NCBI GenBank assembly: GCA_019751815.1
Contig: JAIEMW010000001.1
Coordinates: 65,564 to 129,563, forward strand
DNA: 64,000 bases
Direction of reading: 5' to 3'
Source of the DNA: Cyanobacteriota bacterium
Lineage (GTDB): Bacteria > Cyanobacteriota > Vampirovibrionia > Vampirovibrionales > Vampirovibrionaceae
A program made the position numbers and the translations under genes. Each line of letters begins with the position of its first letter. Position 1 is the stretch's first letter. The notes under the pieces were generated by a model. That model ran no database searches, was not told the DNA's origin, and was given only the letters and a program-made list of their open reading frames with translations. Positions 62,752 through 64,000 of this stretch are shown here, piece after piece.

Positions 62752-63043
62752 GACCAAATTAAAAGCCTAAAAACCCGTCCTTTCTGCTCTGTATCGAACC
62801 ATTTTCAAAACGTTGGCGACATTCGACTCACAAGAAAATAAAAACAATCTTAAGACTCGAATTGCGCTATTTCCTGCTGGCTGCAAGACTCTGTTACAAA
62901 GCCCTGATGCATTGTATTTATGAAGCGCTTTTAATCTAAGCATTCTAATGAATGTGCTCTGGGTGTTCCGTCCCGGGGGTGTTATGATAAACGTCCTTAT
63001 TTTTTAGAGTCCACTCTTCTGGTTCAGGAGTCACGCATTCACT

Positions 63044-63844
63044 ATGGCCAAATCACCGGCAAAATCAGCAGAACCCCAGCCTGTTATCTCAGAAAACCAA
63101 GGCCGTCCGGACGGTCGAGATTCAAAAACCCTACGACCCGTTAAAATACAACGCCACTTCACCAAACATGCCCACGGCTCTGTATTGATTGAAACCGGTG
63201 ATACCCGGGTTTTGGTGACGGCATCTGTGGAAGAGCGAGTCCCACGACATGTGTTTCACAGTGGCAATGATAATGCAGGCTGGATTACGGCAGAATACGC
63301 CTTGCTTCCCGGATCGACCAACACACGCAGTAATCGAGAGCGGCTGAAAGTTTCCGGCCGTACCACAGAAATTCAACGGCTGATTGGCCGCTGCTTGCGG
63401 GCCAGTTTTGATCTCAGCCGGCTGGGCCAACGCACGATTACCGTTGATGCAGACGTGCTTCAAGCGGATGCAGGAACCCGTGTGGCAGCTATTACGGGCG
63501 CCTATGTGGCCGTGGTGGATGCATTAAGAAAACTTCAGGCTGAAGGGCATTACCAGGGCGAACCGGGACAAGATTATGGCGGGCTGCCGATCTTATCGCC
63601 CATTGCCGCGGTGAGTGTGGGCGTGATTGACGGTGATGTGCGCTTGGATCTTACCTACGAAGAGGATTCCAACGCGGATGTGGATGCCAATATTGTGATG
63701 AATGCCCGTGGGGAGCTGATTGAGTTTCAGGCCTCTACCGAAGGAAAACCCTTTTCCCGCGTTCTGATGACTGACATGTTGGATGTTGCTGAATCGGGTA
63801 TCCAATCGCTCCTAAAGGCTCAAGAAGCCGCTCTAAGCGACTAA
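63044..63844 (+). CDS. rph: ribonuclease PH
   Basis: RPDGR...LRP, GSVLIE.GDTRV, GWITAEY.LLP.ST, SGRT.EIQRLIGR.LR, ADAGTR, Y.EDS.ADVD. Confidence 0.97.
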   Translation: MAKSPAKSAEPQPVISENQGRPDGRDSKTLRPVKIQRHFTKHAHGSVLIETGDTRVLVTASVEERVPRHVFHSGNDNAGWITAEYALLPGSTNTRSNRERLKVSGRTTEIQRLIGRCLRASFDLSRLGQRTITVDADVLQADAGTRVAAITGAYVAVVDALRKLQAEGHYQGEPGQDYGGLPILSPIAAVSVGVIDGDVRLDLTYEEDSNADVDANIVMNARGELIEFQASTEGKPFSRVLMTDMLDVAESGIQSLLKAQEAALSD

Positions 63845-63859
63845 TTTTGAGATCACCGA

Positions 63860-64000
63860 ATGAACTCACAGGCCCCCCTTACTAAACGGATGGACAATAT
63901 CCAAAGACCCAAAGGCACGCAGGATATTCTGCCGGGTAGCGCTGGAGCGCCTGCACACGGGAGTTTATCTCATATCTCACTTTGGCAATGGATTGAGGCC
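63860..64000 (+). CDS. hisS: histidine--tRNA ligase, N-terminus (partial)
   Basis: IQRPKGTQDILP...WQWIE; runs off the window. Confidence 0.8.
   Translation, partial: MNSQAPLTKRMDNIQRPKGTQDILPGSAGAPAHGSLSHISLWQWIEA

Overview
Bacterial chromosomal window, most likely from a non-photosynthetic relative of cyanobacteria (Vampirovibrionia/Melainabacteria). This is inferred from the cyanobacteria-type radical SAM-rne pair, TxlA-like thioredoxin and tatA, together with a chemoreceptor, sigma28-like promoters and the absence of photosynthesis genes. The left 27 kb is accessory-rich: a small general-stress gene cluster, moeB/thiF converging on a TPP-riboswitch-controlled thiC-thiO-thiS-thiG operon, a secreted HET-C/VWA7-like protein, an aminopropyltransferase, a CzcCBA-type efflux operon, a GT-C membrane glycosyltransferase, a double-GAF chemoreceptor and an SDR, ending at tRNA-Val(TAC). 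The right part is mostly housekeeping and envelope genes (pilMN fusion, pilO, TPR proteins, rne, leuA, comEA, AsmA-like, tatA, fur, tadE, degenerate wzc, coaE, yhhQ, pit, dedA, APC permease, amidohydrolase, aroC, rpmB, rph, partial hisS). The main unexplained structures are: (i) a 1.44-kb cassette between two ~305-bp direct repeats that duplicate the 3' ends of both convergent genes moeB and thiG; (ii) sigma28-like promoters, one with a G9 tract in its spacer, in front of a chemoreceptor, a pilus gene and leaderless low-complexity orphan proteins, a candidate motility-coupled secreted-effector regulon; (iii) a rpmB-rph intergenic element with a 48-codon ORF, three SD/anti-SD motifs and a 53-nt hairpin; (iv) recurrent 12-15-nt tandem duplications at gene boundaries. 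No CRISPR array, rRNA, transposase or integrase was seen. All family calls are from motif recognition by eye, without database searches.
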